64,000 nt of DNA, taken from assembly GCA_002269645.1 (NCBI GenBank), contig NIVC01001900.1:124001-188000 (forward strand). The letters run 5' to 3'. The position numbers and the translations under genes were made by a program. The DNA is from Macrostomum lignano (lineage: Eukaryota). The notes beneath the pieces are model-generated. The model was given only the letters and a program-made list of their open reading frames with translations, was not told the origin of the DNA and did not search any database. This document shows positions 24,389 to 35,607 of this stretch, piece by piece (position 1 is the stretch's first letter; every line of letters starts with the position of its first letter).

Positions 24389-26120
24389 GTCTCCGACCTG
24401 ACCTGAGTCTCCCACCTGATCTGAGTCTCCCACCTGACCTGAGTCTCCCACCTGACCTGAGTCTCCCACCTGACCTGAGTCTTCCACCTGACCTGAGTCT
24501 CCCACCTGACCTGAGTCTCCCACCAGACCGGAGTCTCCCACCTGACCTGAGTCTCCTATCTGACCTGAGTCTCCCACCTGACCTGAGTCTCCCACCTGAC
24601 CTGAGTCTCCCACCTGACCTGAGTCTCCCACCTGACCTGAGTCTCCCACCTGACCTGAGTCTCCCACCTGACCTGAGTCTCCCACCTGACCTGAGTCTCC
24701 CACCAGACCGGAGTCTCCCACCTGACCTGAGTCTCCTATCTGACCTGAGTCTCCCACCTGACCTGAGTCTCCCACCTGACCTGAGTCTCCCACCTGACCT
24801 GAGTCTCCCACCTGACCTGAGTCTCCCACCTGACCTGAGTCTCCCACCTGACCTGAGTCTCCCACCTGACCTGAGTCTCCCACCTGACCTGAGTCTCCCA
24901 CCTGACCTGAGTCTCCCACCTGACCTGAGTCTCCCACCTGACCTGAGTCTCCCACCTGACCTGAGTCTCCCACCTGACCGGAGTCTCCCACCTGACCTGA
25001 GTCTCCCACCTGACCTGAGTCTCCTATCTGACCTGAGTCTCCCACCTGACCTGAGTCTCCCACCTGACCTGAGTCTCCCACCTGACCTGAGTCTCCCACC
25101 TGACCTGAGTCTCCCACCTGACCTGAGTCTCCCACCTGACCTGAGTCTCCTATCTGACCTGAGTCTCCCACCTGACCTGAGTCTCCCACCTGACCTGAGT
25201 CTCCCACCTGACCTGAGTCTCCCACCTGACCTGAGTCTCCCACCTGACCTGAGTCTCCCACCTGACCTGAGTCTCCCATCTGACCTGAGTCTCCCACCTG
25301 ACCTGAGTCTCCCATCTGACCTGAGTCTCCCACCAGACCGGAGTCTCCCACCTGACCTGAGTCTCCCACCTGACCTGAGTCTCCCATCTGACCTGAGTCT
25401 CCCATCTGACCTGAGTCTCCCACCTGACCTGAGTCTCCCACCTGACCTGAGTCTCCCACCTGACCTGAGTCTCCCACCTGACCTGAGTCTCCCACCTGAC
25501 CTGAGTCTCCCACCTGACCTGAGTCTCCCACCTGACCTGAGTCTCCCATCTGACCTGAGTCTCCCATCTGACCTGAGTCTCCCACCTGACCTGAGTCTCC
25601 CATCTGACCTGAGTCTCCCACCTGACCTGAGTCTCCCACCTGACCTGAGTCTCCCACCTGACCTGAGTCTCCCACCAGACCGGAGTCTCCCATCTGACCT
25701 GAGTCTCCCACCTGACCTGAGTCTCCCACCTGACCTGAGTCTCCCATCTGACCTGAGTCTCCCATCTGACCTGAGTCTCCCACCTGACCTGAGTCTCCCA
25801 TCTGACCTGAGTCTCCCACCTGACCTGAGTCTCCCACCTGACCTGAGTCTCCCACCTGACCTGAGTCTCCCACCAGACCGGAGTCTCCCATCTGACCTGA
25901 GTCTCCCATCTGACCTGAGTCTCCCACCAGACCGGAGTCTCCCACCTGACCTGAGTCTCCCATCTGACCTGAGTCTCCCACCTGACCTGAGTCTCCCATC
26001 TGACCTGAGTCTCCCACCTGACCTGAGTCTCCCACCAGACCGGAGTCTCCCACCTGACCTGAGTCTCCCATCTGACCTGAGTCTCCCACCTGACCTGAGT
26101 CTCCCATCTGACCTGAGTCT
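24389..26120. repeat. 18-bp minisatellite (cctgacctgagtctccca), about 96 copies, in the predicted 5'-UTR intron of G4 (24290-26141)
   Basis: About 1.73 kb of 18-bp periodicity; AAG|GTGAGC donor at 24290 and an AG at 26140-26141 before the ATG. Confidence 0.95.
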
Positions 26121-26154
26121 ATACCAACTCTGTCAATTTAGATCGGCACACAAG

Positions 26155-27801
26155 ATGAGCCGCAGAAGCTCTAGCGACAGCTCGAGTTCGGACGCGCCTC
26201 CCGCTTCCCAAACTCCTCTCTGCATCATCTGCGACCAAGCTGCAGTCGGTGTGGCTCCGTTCTCCCGCTGCCACATGTGCAGTCAACACCTCAGTGTCGA
26301 TGTGGCCAATCTATTCAAGCTCAAGGAGCAGGTCGAAGAGCTGCTGCGTGCCTACTCACAAGACTCACAAGAATCACAAGAGTCACAAGGCGCAGCAGGT
26401 GCAGCTGGCCGTGCAGCGCTGCTGCGACACAGACAAGACGCTGAGTCGCTGCGTCGTCTCGCTCTCGACATCCAACAGCAGCTGCAAGAGGTCAATTACA
26501 AATTCGATTTGGTACAGCAACACATCGACTCGTTTCGTAGCAGGGTGACGGGCCAGCTCTCAGGTGTGCTTGAGGCAGTGCGTGTGTGCGAGCGGGACCT
26601 CGAGGACGTCTCCAGCTACAAGCAGGAGGTGGCCACGGCGGAGGCTGCAGGCGACATGGCGGAGCTGCTTCGCCTGGTCCAGTCCATGCACGAATCGCTT
26701 GGAGACTTGGAGGCCGACTTTGAGAGGTCAGAGCGCCTGCTCAGAGACCAGAGCGACAATGAGGAGCTGCAGCTGCGGCTTCTGGGCCAGCTCGAGCGGC
26801 TGGTCGGCATTTGTGCGGGACGCAGTGAAGAGGGCGACTGGTCGAGAGACGCTGCGGTGACCGCGACATCCGAGGAGATAGACGCTGCTCATAGACTGCT
26901 GTTCGATCCGATGGTCTTCAGTCACGAGGTGAAGCTGGATGGCCGTGTTGAATACCTGGCTGTGTGCAGCGACACCATTGGATTCGTTGGTGACTGCTCA
27001 GGCCGTGTGGTTCCCGCCGACTCAGCGAGAGACGGCAGCGAGGCTCTGCCTCAGCCCTGCATCCTGGCATCATACTATCTGAACAGAGACCACCTACTGG
27101 TGCTGTCTGTGGACGGTTCAAAGAAGCTGCGGTGCCACTGCGACATCGACTGGAAGAAGCACATCTTGGGCCTTCACTGCGACCGTCAGCTGCTGTTCAT
27201 TGCTCAGCCTGACGAAGTGACAGTGACGGACCTGAGCGGTCGCGCGGTGCATCGAGTCCGCCCACACATCGAGGGCTTCGGTGACATCAGGGGAATCGGC
27301 GGCAACGCAGCCTCCGTGTTTGTGTCCAGTGGAAACAAAATTGTTGCATTCAGCAAAGCGACTTGGCAGATGGAGACGGTCATCACGCTGTCTCAGCTTC
27401 CTGATGCTCGACTGTTTAACCTGGCGACTCACGACAACTGCATTCTGGTGATAGACTGGAAGCACAATCAGGTGCACAGAGTGCGTATCGACACCCAGCA
27501 GCTGGTCGCCTCCTTTCCGACTCAGAGTTCCGGCCTCCAACAGTTTGTTTGGCCAAAGGATGTGGCCGTCGACAGCAGAGGCCGCCTGTTCGTGAGTGAA
27601 TGGTGGGGTCACTCAGTGCGAGCGGTGGCTGCAGACGACGGGTCGCTGCTGTGGACTCTGGGGACTCCGGGCGAGAGCGGCAGCGGAGACGACAGATTCA
27701 GGGGTCCAAAGGGTCTGGCGGTGGTAACGGGAGGTCCACGCGAGCAGCTGGTGGTGGCTGACTGTGGGAACAGGAGACTGCAGGTGTTCAGTGCACCCTA
27801 A
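26155..27801 (+). CDS. G4: TRIM-NHL-like paralogue, 548 aa (start taken at ATG 26155)
   Basis: MSRRSSSDSSSSD start homologous to the other paralogues; intact to TAA; AATAAA at 27818-27823. Confidence 0.88.
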   Translation: MSRRSSSDSSSSDAPPASQTPLCIICDQAAVGVAPFSRCHMCSQHLSVDVANLFKLKEQVEELLRAYSQDSQESQESQGAAGAAGRAALLRHRQDAESLRRLALDIQQQLQEVNYKFDLVQQHIDSFRSRVTGQLSGVLEAVRVCERDLEDVSSYKQEVATAEAAGDMAELLRLVQSMHESLGDLEADFERSERLLRDQSDNEELQLRLLGQLERLVGICAGRSEEGDWSRDAAVTATSEEIDAAHRLLFDPMVFSHEVKLDGRVEYLAVCSDTIGFVGDCSGRVVPADSARDGSEALPQPCILASYYLNRDHLLVLSVDGSKKLRCHCDIDWKKHILGLHCDRQLLFIAQPDEVTVTDLSGRAVHRVRPHIEGFGDIRGIGGNAASVFVSSGNKIVAFSKATWQMETVITLSQLPDARLFNLATHDNCILVIDWKHNQVHRVRIDTQQLVASFPTQSSGLQQFVWPKDVAVDSRGRLFVSEWWGHSVRAVAADDGSLLWTLGTPGESGSGDDRFRGPKGLAVVTGGPREQLVVADCGNRRLQVFSAP

Positions 27802-27995
27802 TTTTATTCACAGGCCGAATAAAAATCGAACTGCAGGGTTTCTGGTGTGATTGATGCATTAGGTGCTGGGTTTTTGTTGATTTTTTTATTAAACCAGTGA
27901 GACGAAGTCAAGGCAGTTGGCACGAGAGGCGCAGGTTCGAGCCTGGCCCAACCCAAACCAGAAAGTTCGACATAGAGAGAGAGAGAGAGAGAGAG

Positions 27996-28997
27996 TTAGA
28001 GCGCGCCAACCCGACGAGCCAAGCCATGCACAGCCGCCCTGGCATCCGAGTCCCGAACAGATAGATAGCGAAACACTGAGTTGCCCTTCCAGTCGCCCAG
28101 CTTCTTGATCATCGGCAGTGGAACACCGAGCTGCATGGCTGCCGTAGCGCCGCCCCGCCGCAGCCCGTGGCCAGTGAACTCGCGTGGCGACAAACCCGCC
28201 GATGTGCAGAGCGAACGAAGCCGGCTATCAAACCTGCTAGCCGTCAGAGGCAACCATCCCGCGGACGACCACGTGGAGAACAGGTGAACCGGACGCGGCG
28301 CCTGGCCGATTCGGTTTGTCCGTAGCTGCCGCTCGAGCGCACGGAACGGACACAGGACACCCAAGCTTCCATCAGGCAGTTTCGGAAGAAACACTCGCTG
28401 AACTCGATCGCCAAACTGGTTGGTCTTCGAATGCCGCACAGTGAGCTCACAGTCGTACTCTGAAAAGACGATGCTCGATGCTGCCAGGTCGCACCACAGA
28501 TCGAGCTGCCCCGATTGCGTCGTCACATTCGCTTTTCGCAGCATACCCCACCAGGCTGCCAGAACTGCTGCCCAGAACGCGATGTCACTCTTCAGACGTT
28601 GGTCCAGGTGGGCGTGTAGCTTGAGGAGATCCGCGACTCTGAATGGCTCCCTTGAGCGCTGCTGCCGACTGAGACACCGGCGAAGACCACGAAGCACCAG
28701 CTTAACCATCGGCGACTCGCACGGGTCCGGCCGGCCGAGAGCTCTGAAGTACAGCGAGACCGCGTTAGCATACGCCTGGCAACTCCGAAAGGCTGACAGC
28801 CGGGTGGACAGCTCAGCCAGGTATTCAGCCACGTGCACAGGCTCTGCCCGCAGCGGCGTCAGGTGCCGGGAATTGCAAAATCGCAGCCAAGACGCAAGCT
28901 GCGACCGGTAACTCCGCTTCGTGCGGGGCGCGTAGGCATTGCCCAGGATAAATGCGCAACGCTTGCTGAGGCGGTCGGGAGTCTGGCGCGGAGGGCC
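27996..28997 (-). CDS. Tyrosine recombinase of the YR element (no ATG; overlaps the RT-RH ORF end)
   Basis: Catalytic set LRKAN (R), HSKTNQ (K), HGLRRGGAT (HxxR), LGDW...FRY (W, Y). The frame stays open upstream of the listed ORF (LGNAYAPRTKRSYRSQLASWLRFC). Confidence 0.88.
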   Translation of the reverse strand, partial: GPPRQTPDRLSKRCAFILGNAYAPRTKRSYRSQLASWLRFCNSRHLTPLRAEPVHVAEYLAELSTRLSAFRSCQAYANAVSLYFRALGRPDPCESPMVKLVLRGLRRCLSRQQRSREPFRVADLLKLHAHLDQRLKSDIAFWAAVLAAWWGMLRKANVTTQSGQLDLWCDLAASSIVFSEYDCELTVRHSKTNQFGDRVQRVFLPKLPDGSLGVLCPFRALERQLRTNRIGQAPRPVHLFSTWSSAGWLPLTASRFDSRLRSLCTSAGLSPREFTGHGLRRGGATAAMQLGVPLPMIKKLGDWKGNSVFRYLSVRDSDARAAVHGLARRVGAL

Positions 28998-30670
28998 TGT
29001 AAAATGAGAAAAACGGAGGCAGCAGGGCAGAAAGCATGGCTAGCGATCTCGTTAAAACAGCAGTCAACAGAGCCATACACCCGAAATAAAAAATCGCGCA
29101 TTTTGTCCACGGCGTGCAGCCTAGAGCACGGGTCCGCAAAGACATGGTACCAGCCAGGCACATGAAAAGCGCGCACCTCAACCCCACGCCTAACAGCAAT
29201 GAGCATGGCAGTCTGGAACAGCGGCTGCAACTCAGGCTGCCGACAGCAACCTCTGTTAATCATGCCAACAGCCGCACTAGAGTCGGAGTAGACCACGACC
29301 GAACTGTCATTTAAAAAGGCACCCCAGCGAACCATAGCCAGCAGCGGAACAATAGCTTCTTTGTACGTGATATGCTTGTCTTTAAACTTTCCTCCAGCAT
29401 CCAGATCCCAATTGACGTACAGCCAATCCACCATACCGCTACCATTGCGCAAAATGGCTCCGCCACCAGCACTGCTCGCATCGGTTTCGATGATCCAGCC
29501 GTTTGTGCAACTTCTCCAAAGCTGAAAATCAGGCAGCTTCAGAAGGGCACCTCGCCACCAGAGTAAAATACGCACAGTGTCAGCGGACACACGCACTTTG
29601 TGATGTGGCTCTTCCAGGGCATTAAGCAGGTCGAACAGGGGTCTTAGGAAGCAACTCCCAGCGTGCACCACCTGGAGGACCCAGCTGAGCTTGCCACAAA
29701 GCGACGAAAGCTGTCGTTTCGAGAGACGCCTGCGCTGCGAAAAGTTAAGCAGTGTGGTGCGCATTTCCTCACACTTTTCCGCCGGCACACTAAGAACTCC
29801 ACGGACAGTATCAATCTTCACACCGAGATACACCAAGCATTGCGTAGGTTCAACCACTTTATTCCAATTGACACCAAAACCTAACTGGCGAACCAGCTTA
29901 ATCAGCTCTTTCAGAGCATCCATACACTCTTTCTCGCTCTCGGCTGCAACCAGAAAATCATCCAGGTAAACCGAAATATTGGCCACGCCGCGTCGCACCA
30001 TCATCCTCTTGACCGCTTGAGTAAGCCGGTAGAAAATCTCGACCGAGGCGCAGCTACCAAAGGGTAGCCGGGTGTCGACAAGCCATGTCAGATCACAGTT
30101 GCCTTTAAAACGCCAACCAATGCCGGTCGCCTGGTAATCATCCGGATGGATCGCCACGCTTCTGTAAGCTTGCGACAAGTCAAGCTTTGCCATGAACCAG
30201 CCCTTGCCGATAGAGGCTGCAACCTTCTTGACGGACTCAAACCTGGGGCTCAGCTTCTTCGTATAGTTGTCATTTACCGAGTAGCCCGGAGGCGTGCTGC
30301 AGTCATGAATAAGTCGAGCCTTCCCGTTATCCTTGGGAATTGCTCCCAGAGGGCTGACCATCGTAGGCTTCTTAGGCACAATCAAATACCTGCCATTCTC
30401 AATCTCTTCCTTAATTTGCAGCTCAACAGCGCGATGAAAAGTAGAAGTAGACATGTAATTGGCATTAAAAGTCTCACAAAGCCCTTTGCCATCAGTAATG
30501 CGAAAACCATTTGCGATGCCGTCTAGGATAAAATTCCGATCAGGGTCATTCTCAAGCTCAGAATCCCACGAACAAAAACGCAGGCGACCCCCTGCACTGC
30601 CAACGACAGGATTGTTAAAATTTAAAGCAGGCTGAGCATTAGGCAAAATTTTAGGATTAAAACAGAGCAT
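28859..30670 (-). CDS. pol: RT-RNase H of the YR element, 603 aa
   Basis: KARLIHD, KLDLSQAYR, LPFG, YLDD; RNase H TDASS...YKE...YSDSS...HVPG...ADPCSR. Confidence 0.93.
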   Translation of the reverse strand: MLCFNPKILPNAQPALNFNNPVVGSAGGRLRFCSWDSELENDPDRNFILDGIANGFRITDGKGLCETFNANYMSTSTFHRAVELQIKEEIENGRYLIVPKKPTMVSPLGAIPKDNGKARLIHDCSTPPGYSVNDNYTKKLSPRFESVKKVAASIGKGWFMAKLDLSQAYRSVAIHPDDYQATGIGWRFKGNCDLTWLVDTRLPFGSCASVEIFYRLTQAVKRMMVRRGVANISVYLDDFLVAAESEKECMDALKELIKLVRQLGFGVNWNKVVEPTQCLVYLGVKIDTVRGVLSVPAEKCEEMRTTLLNFSQRRRLSKRQLSSLCGKLSWVLQVVHAGSCFLRPLFDLLNALEEPHHKVRVSADTVRILLWWRGALLKLPDFQLWRSCTNGWIIETDASSAGGGAILRNGSGMVDWLYVNWDLDAGGKFKDKHITYKEAIVPLLAMVRWGAFLNDSSVVVYSDSSAAVGMINRGCCRQPELQPLFQTAMLIAVRRGVEVRAFHVPGWYHVFADPCSRLHAVDKMRDFLFRVYGSVDCCFNEIASHAFCPAASVFLILQALRARLPTASASVAHLSWAMPTRPARSGVTGRSLRLGCDFAIPGT

Positions 30671-30678
30671 CGCAGACT

Positions 30679-31797
30679 TCAGTTTTTTGTCGAATGGTTG
30701 GCCTCAGGGTGGGCCTCGAAACAGATGCGGCAGACGTGCCGGAATTTGCAGCTCGACCGGAAGCACCCCCGGCGATTAAAGTGCAAGCAGATCTCTTCCC
30801 CGTCTGGCGTTCTGAGGCTCTTGGGGTCTATTGGTTTTTGAAAACGCTGCTGCCGTGGCTGGGGCAATGACTTGCTGACTCCATGGTTTGCTGGAGTTCC
30901 AGTTCTGATTAAGTGCTTAGCAACGAGTTGGAAAGACTCCTTGCCCCATCGCATGCCAGTTTCAGCTTGCCTAGTGCGGTAGTCCTCGTCAAAACGATTC
31001 ACCTGCGCCAGGCCGAAGCCCCTGTCAAACAGCTCGCCAATCTGTATTGAGTAGCGTAAGTAATTCATCAAATCAGTCGTGTCGGCAGTTCCATTTCTAC
31101 TAGTCACCAGGGCACCATCCTTGATCATCTGCATCATCAGCCTGCAATTGCCTACCAAATACTGCGCTGCCGTGATGCTATCTGGATTAGGTTTTCTGCT
31201 CTTGTAAGTGATTCGGCCACCAGAACCATTAGCCAGCACCTCTTCCTGCTCAAAGCCGTCGAGGAAATCACGAACCAGGAGAGCCTTACGTCTACCAGAA
31301 GACTCCATCCGTTCATTGGCCCTGTTCTGTGACAACAATCTGTCAAGCAGCTCATTGCCATTATCTTCTTGGTCTAATCCAGCATCATCACACCCATCAG
31401 GAAAGTAACTGGGGCCAGCAGGCTTGGCACACTCACCGCGATTCATAGGACGCGTGGATGGACACTCGCGCTGCAGATCTCCGATCTCCCTCTTGAGTTG
31501 AGCGGCTTCCTTGCGTAGCTGCAACAGTCTGATCTCCTTCTCCGCCTTCGCGATGTCCTCGTCCAGGCCCGCCGCCGACTCCCGAGCCGCCTCCGTACTG
31601 ATGTTGTCGTCTGCTTCGGCTTCTTGCTCAGATTGCTCCATGTTCTGCAACAGCGAATCTGTCCACGACTGGTCTGGGGCTGCGAGCAGGGCGCTGACAA
31701 GGTCGGCCTTGTTGCCCCGACTGCTTATGTTAGCGTGGGCACACAAGGCTTGCAGAGCCACCTTGCTCAGGTGCATAAGTTTGTCGCGGTCAGCCAT
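30679..31797 (-). CDS. gag: Gag-like ORF1 of the YR element (372 aa from MADRDK), SAP-like N-terminus and C-terminal CCCH-type Zn finger
   Basis: LSKVALQALCAHANISSRGNKADLVSALL resembles the SAP motif; ICLHFNRRGCFRSSCKFRHVCRICFEAH. Confidence 0.82.
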   Translation of the reverse strand: MADRDKLMHLSKVALQALCAHANISSRGNKADLVSALLAAPDQSWTDSLLQNMEQSEQEAEADDNISTEAARESAAGLDEDIAKAEKEIRLLQLRKEAAQLKREIGDLQRECPSTRPMNRGECAKPAGPSYFPDGCDDAGLDQEDNGNELLDRLLSQNRANERMESSGRRKALLVRDFLDGFEQEEVLANGSGGRITYKSRKPNPDSITAAQYLVGNCRLMMQMIKDGALVTSRNGTADTTDLMNYLRYSIQIGELFDRGFGLAQVNRFDEDYRTRQAETGMRWGKESFQLVAKHLIRTGTPANHGVSKSLPQPRQQRFQKPIDPKSLRTPDGEEICLHFNRRGCFRSSCKFRHVCRICFEAHPEANHSTKN

Positions 31798-32676
31798 TGC
31801 AAAAATTGAAAAATCAATACGCGCTTGGCGGGTCAGCGACAGCCCGCACCGCATTAAAAAACCGCCACCCAGGCCGCGGGCACGTGACCAAGGCCCGGCC
31901 CACCACCCCCCGCACCAACGCACAAGAGCCACGCCCCACTGGTTTAACACCCAACCAAGCTACGCCCGGTCGGACCATTACGATGGAATAATTACCATGT
32001 GATTACCTTCTTTGTCTGATAATAGTTTATCATGGCCAGTATGTTCAGAATTGATATTTAATTGAATAGAAACACACTAAACATTTTGCATGCATTCAGT
32101 AATTATGTTTAAGTAAAGTTTGCCCTCAACACTTCTCTCATTGTTTTTCTTTTTCTGGAAGTTTCAGCACCAGAAATTGGTACTGCACTGTTGAATTGAA
32201 TTTCAGCAAACACATTTGGTTCCTGTGCAACTTTTCCTGGAAATTTCTTATCACGCTGTGCCGAATTAAACTCCAACTTTTGATTCTCAAGCCGTTCATT
32301 TCTCAGTTTGCATCCGATGTAATTTCGCTTTTAACCACTTCAACTGAATTCAAAATGATTTTTTCTCCTAAACTATATTCAGTCCTAAAATTTGTTTAGC
32401 AAATAATTATTTGGAGGTCAAGAGTGAGTCGAGTCGAACCCGGGTCAGTTGGGAGAAAAATATCGGAACAAGTCACGTGCCAATTCAATTGATGGGAACT
32501 GCTTAAGGAGATCGGGGCCACAATTGCTGATTCAGAACAAAATAACGGAGGTTGGGGTGGGCGAAAAAGGAGTGGGGTGGGTGTAAGTGGTGAGTCATCG
32601 CTATTCATTGAAAATTAGTTAGTGGCTGCCAAAAGCCGCTGCTGCATCAGAAGCTGAGGGACTTTAACTGGCTTCA

Positions 32677-33135
32677 TGCTGCATAACGACTGCGGCATGG
32701 TTGCCAATCAGACATGCTGCATAGCGACTGTGGCATGATTGCCAATCAGACATGCTGCATAGCGACTGCGGCATGATTGCCAATCAGACATGCTGCATAG
32801 CGACTGCGGCATGATTGCCAATCAGACATGCTGCATAGCGACTGTGGCATGATTGCCAATCAGACATGCTGCATAGCGACTGCGGCATGATTGCCAATCA
32901 GACATGCTGCATAGCGACTGCGGCATGATTGCCAATCAGACATGCTGCATAGCGACTGTGGCATGATTGCCAATCAGACATGCTGCATAGCAACTGTGGC
33001 ATGATTGCCAATCAGACATGCTGCATAGCGACTGTGGCATGATTGCCAATCAGACATGCTGCATAGCGACTGTGGCATGATTGCCAATCAGACATGCTGC
33101 ATAGCGACTGCGGCATGATTGCCTGCAATCAGACA
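32677..33135. repeat. 38-bp minisatellite x12
   Basis: 459 bp = 12 x 38 plus a 3-bp insertion in the last unit. Confidence 0.95.
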
Positions 33136-33400
33136 TGACAGCAGCTGATTGGTGGAATCCAGGGAGCAGAGGCGAAGTCAGATTTTTTCATTGGTTGAAA
33201 CGCCAAATTTTATTTGTAGGGAGCTGGATTAGGTACAAATTAATACAATAACCAAAAAATATGAAAATCAGTTTTAAATATGAGCAAATAGAGAGACAAT
33301 CTGCTTTCAAAATATTTAATGATATCATTTTTCTATTGTAACGATCGTGGGGTCAGGGGATCGCGGGGTGGGGGTAAGGAACGCTTGCTTGTCGTATGGA

Positions 33401-33562
33401 TGGCATAAATATTCCAGAGTGACATAAATATGCCAGAGTGACATAAGTATGCCAGAATGACATAAATATGCCAGAGTGACATAAATATGCCAGAATGACA
33501 TAAATATGCCAGAATGACATAAATATGCCAGAGTGACATAAATATGCCAGAATGACATAAAT
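33401..33562. repeat. 19-bp minisatellite (tgacataaatatgccagag/a), about 8 copies
   Basis: Visible periodicity. Confidence 0.88.
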
Positions 33563-34689
33563 GCTGGATTATCAGGAACACGACTTTGCCATGGCATTTG
33601 CACATTCTAGAGATGAGGCAGCTCTGGTGGAGGCTGGGAGGAGGGGGTGGCGGTTTTCATGGGTGCCAACTGTAATGCACTTATTAAATATATTTGCTTG
33701 TAGGAATCGAACCCAGGACCCAAAGCTCCATGCTTTTTCTGAGTTGACAAGTTTGATGTCAAAGTTTGGTGAGCAGCGGCTCACCGCCAGCTCACAAGTG
33801 ATCGAAACGGATTTGACCACGTGAAGGCTCGATTCCTGCTAAACACTCAACAATAAAACATTTTTGCTTCTGCCCTGTTCAGGCAGATTCGGTCAATGTT
33901 CATCAAAATTTCTGAAAAAAAATTAATAATTACAGCTCTCGTAACTCTAATTTGTCTGAATTCAGAAAATTTATTATTAGGAAATCTCGCCAATAATTTC
34001 AAATTTTAGCAAGGCAATCAAAATCCCAAAACACAAATTAATGGTATGAGGATGCAAATCATCTCTGAGTCGTCTGTCATACTCATTCCCAGCTGTGCAA
34101 CCCGCACAGGGGCTTCATTGTGCATTCTGACAGCCTGACATTCACTGTCGTTACTGGGGCACTGAAATCCAATTAACAAATTCTCATAAACAGTTGCTGG
34201 GCAGAATTCGCACCTGGTTAGGCGGTGACTCCTGGCCTGTCTCTGTCTCCCTCACTCTACTTCTCTGCCTACCTGTGATGAACATGGCTTACTTTATTTC
34301 AAATGAAATTAAATGCAATTAAATTTGTATGCCATGCAAACAATTTATGGTGATGAAGCTGCTTAAGAACTGATTAAAATAAAAGCAATTTATCTGCTTC
34401 TGTAAAAAAATTTGTCATTTTAGCGACTATCGAATCAAAATTCTACAGTCATTCTTCAATCATAGCCAGCCTTCAAATATTTTCTAGGAAACACACGTAT
34501 AATGATGTCCCGTCCATGTACTTTAGTCGACCCTGGTCCCACTTCAAGTCTGCGGTAACCAATTCCATGCAGTTGCGAACTCAGGTGAGTCTGGGCTTGC
34601 AGCAAACATAGGATGCAGAATTGCAATTTGCACACCAAGACTGCATCTTGATGAAGTTAATGCAGCTGTGGTCTGTGCTGCTTGAGCTC

Positions 34690-34845
34690 AAACTGCTGCT
34701 CAAACTACTGCTCAAACTGCTGCTCAAACTGCTGCTCAAACTGCTGCTTAAACTGCTGCTCAAACCGCTGCTTAAACTGCTGCTTAAACTGCTGCTCAAA
34801 CTGCTGCTCAAACTGCTGCTCAAACTACTGCTCAAACTGCTGCTG
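34690..34845. repeat. 12-bp repeat (ctgctgctcaaa), about 12 copies
   Basis: Explains the LLKLLLKL and SSSLSSSL ORFs. Confidence 0.88.
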
Positions 34846-35607
34846 CAGGTGGTAGCGAGATTCGAGTTTGGGACCTCTGGCTCTGTGGATTGTAGCGGGG
34901 TTCTAGCACTGCCGAATGGCTCTGTGGCTTTAAGGGCGGCTCTTATAGGTGGAAATTGCAGTGCTCTAAAAACATGTAATTACAGGTAAAAATCGAACCC
35001 AGGACCCTTTGTGTCAGTTCTATGCTTTCATGAGAGAAAATTCTGATGTCTTTCAGCCACTCAATTTTCGATGTGCTCATGCTCAGCACATGTGTTAGCA
35101 CATGCAGGCTGTCTGTGCAAGTGCGCTCACAGGGTTTAGACATCCGCAAGAGCAGGCCACAGAAAAAAGAATTCAAGGTAAAATGAACGCCAAAGCGAGG
35201 TGAGGTCAGGCTAGAAGTGCAAAAAGTAGAGAATAGTAGGGAAATGAGAATTTAACAGCCACCCCCATTCCAGACACCAGGCCCAGCGAGATGACGTCAT
35301 CAACGGCAGCCGAGGCACCAGGCAGAGGCAGCCGGTGCCGTGTCAGGACGAACAAATCAAGACGGTGAGATGGCATGCAAAACAGACGATGACCAACCTG
35401 GCAACCGAAGGGCTGGACAGGCGCTGAAGGGTCAGAAAAACTGACTCCAGACTGACGTCACCTAACCCAGCTAAAATCATATAGCTGACATCAAATCTTC
35501 CATCTCGCCCCGCAGCAACCCGCTACTCTAAAACAGACTCAGCCTGGGCTCCCAAGTAGAAGTAGAAACCAGTTGCTTTTGCTGGAACTTTACCCATGCA
35601 GTTGTCC

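Larger units (their letters stand above)
27892..31976 (-). mobile_element. Tyrosine-recombinase retrotransposon (DIRS/Ngaro type), apparently intact
   Basis: gag, RT-RNaseH and YR ORFs; ATTA at both junctions (27888-27891, 31977-31980); removing the element restores the flank tttttttATTAcgatggaat seen after G6. Confidence 0.93.

Noticed and set aside
24316-27801. 1161-aa protein with PDLSLP repeats, and antisense GDSGQV ORF 24338-26107
   Set aside because: Open only because the 18-bp unit has no stop in those frames; flanked by splice signals; the fusion is not conserved at G5.
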